Of a stretch of 64,000 nucleotides of DNA, positions 61,851 through 64,000 are shown piece by piece. Within the stretch, counting starts at the first letter, position 1, and each line of letters begins with the position of its first letter. Under the pieces are notes generated by a model that saw only the letters and a list, made by a program, of their open reading frames with translations, was not told the origin of the DNA and made no database searches. The position numbers and the translations under genes were made by a program. Source of the stretch: Chiloscyllium plagiosum (Eukaryota); the NCBI RefSeq assembly GCF_004010195.1, contig NC_057711.1, forward strand, positions 78,572,099 through 78,636,098, given 5' to 3'.

Positions 61851-64000
61851 ATACAGTGCATAACAGGCCCTTGGGCCCTCAGTGTTACGCCAAATTGTGA
61901 ACTCATCCAAGCCCACCCCCCTACACTATCCTCTTATCATCCATATGCTTATCTAAGGACTGTTTAAGTGCCTCTAATGTGGCTGAGTTAACTACATTGG
62001 CAGGCAAGGCATTCCACGCTCTTTCCACTCTCTGGTTAAAGAACCTGCCTCTGACATCTGTCTTAAATATATCACCCCTCAATTTGCAGCTGTGCCCCCT
62101 TGTGTAAGCTGACGTCGTCATACTAAGAAAAAAGACTCTCACTGTCCACTCTGTCCAATCCTCTGATCATCTTGTATGTCTCTATTAAATCCCCTCTTAG
62201 CCACCTTCTCTCCAATGAGAACAGACCCAAGTCCCTCAGCCTTTCCTCGTAAGGACTTCCCTCCAGACCAGGCAACATCCTCTGCACCTTTTCCAATGCT
62301 TCCACATCCTTCATGTAATGGGGTGACCAGAACTGTACACAGTATTCTAATTGAGGCCGCACTAACGCTTTGTAAAGTTGCAGCATGACATCACTGCTCC
62401 GGAACTCAATTCCTCTACCAATAAAACCTCACACATGGTATGCCTTCTTAATAGCACTATCAACCTGAGTGGCAACTTTCAGGCAACTATGTACATGGAC
62501 ATCAAGATCCCTCTGCACATCCACACAACCAAGAACCTTTCCATTGACCCAGTATTCTTCCCAAAGTGAATCACCTCACATTTATCTGCATTGAACTTCA
62601 TTTGCCCCCTCTCAGCCCAATTCTGCAGTTTATCAAAGTCCCCTTGCAACCTGCAACATTCTTCCACACTGCCCAACACTCCACCGGCTTTAGTGGAGTT
62701 AGATGCAAAGTTACTAAGCCATCCAAGTATTTCTGCATCCAAGTCATTTACAAAATGACAAACAGCAGTAGTCCCAAAACGAATCATTGTGGCACACCAC
62801 TAACAACTAAACCCCAGGCTGAATATTTTCCATCAACCACTGCTTGCTGCCTTCTTACAGAAAGCCAGTTTCTAATCCAAACTGCTAAATCTCCCTCAAT
62901 CCCATGCCTCCTCATTTTCTCCAAAAGCCTACCATGTGAAACCTTATCAAAGGCTTTAGTGAAGTCCATGTACACCACCTCAACTGTCCTACCCTCATCC
63001 ACATGCTTGGTCACCTTCTCAAAAAACTCAGAGGTTTGTGAGACATGACCTGCCCTTGATGAAACCATGTTGACTATCTCCAATCAAATTGTCGCTTGCT
63101 AGATGATTATAAATCCTATCTCTTATAATCCTTTCCAAAACTTTTCCTACAACAGACGTAAGGCTCACAGGTCTGTAATTACATAGGTCATCTCGACCAT
63201 TCTTCTTGAATAAGGGCGCAACATTTGCAATCCTCCAGTCCTCGAGTACTAAACTTGTAGACAATGACAACTCATAAAGATCAAGGCCAAAGGCTCTGCC
63301 ATCTCCTCCCTAGCTTCCCAGAGAGTCCTTAGATAAATCCCATCCGGCCCAGGGTACTTATCTACTTTCATACCTTCTAGAATTGATAACACCTTAACTA
63401 ACCTCAATCCTTTCTAGTCTAGTAGCCTGTATCTCCGTCTTCTCCTCAACAATATTCTCCTTTTCCTGTGTGAAAACAGATGAGAAATATTCGCTTAGCA
63501 TCTCTCCGATCTCCACAGGGTTCACACATAACTTCCCACTTCTGTCTTTGGCCCTATTCCTACCCTAGTCATCCTTTTATTCCTCACATTCGTATAGAAA
63601 GCTTTAAGGTTCTTCTTTATTCTACCTGCTAAAGACTGCTCATGTCCACTCCTTGCTCTTCTTAACTCTCTCTTTAAATCTTTCCTAGCTAATTTGTAAC
63701 TCTCCATTGCCTCATCTGAACCATCTCGTCTCAACGTCACATAAGCCTCTCTCTTCCGCTTAACAAGAGATACCATTGATTTCGTCAACCACGGTTCCCT
63801 TACCTTCTCAGTTCCTCCCTAACTGACAGGGACATACCTATCAAGGACATGCAATATCTGTTCCCTAAACTAGCTCCACATTTTGATTGTTCCCATTCCT
63901 TGCATTTTGCTACCTCATTCTATGCCTCCTAAGCCTTGACTCATTGCATTATAATTGCCCTTCCCCCATCTATAACTCCTGCCCTGTGGCATGTACCTAA
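61850..64000 (-). mobile_element. CR1 LINE ORF2 (RT), frameshifted, running off the window
   Basis: DWRIANVAPLFKK, NYRPVSLTSVVGK, QHGFIKGRSCLTNL, YMDFTKAFDKVSH, SGVPQ. Confidence 0.95.

Noticed and set aside
57677..64000. Further CEP78 exons
   Set aside because: No match to the expected next peptide (..PLPPG..FLPWRTA..); region is almost all CR1/Penelope, so the gene continues beyond the window

Overview
Eukaryotic, repeat-rich genomic DNA from an elasmobranch, probably a carpet/bamboo shark (inferred from HE1-type V-SINEs with (AATCT)n tails and abundant CR1 and Penelope elements). The window holds the 5' part of CEP78 on the + strand: a CpG-rich promoter and probable non-coding first exon near 4.9 kb, then eight coding exons (6099/6135-6351, 15544-15719, 17099-17171, 17262-17365, 17497-17671, 20352-20465, 47252-47316, 57568-57676) with canonical GT-AG sites and consistent phase. 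The gene continues past the window end. The conserved MIDS start codon is followed by an in-frame TAG at codon 9. A candidate divergent spliced transcript runs on the - strand from the same promoter. The introns hold CR1 LINEs, SINEs, MITEs, solo LTRs, a Harbinger fossil, a canonical Gypsy remnant, a Gmr1-like element with integrase upstream of RT, and many Penelope-derived hairpin insertions that carry minimal hammerhead ribozyme motifs; two of these hairpins enclose captured DNA. An L1-type 3' end lies at the window start. Protein comparisons are from memory, and many repeat boundaries are approximate.
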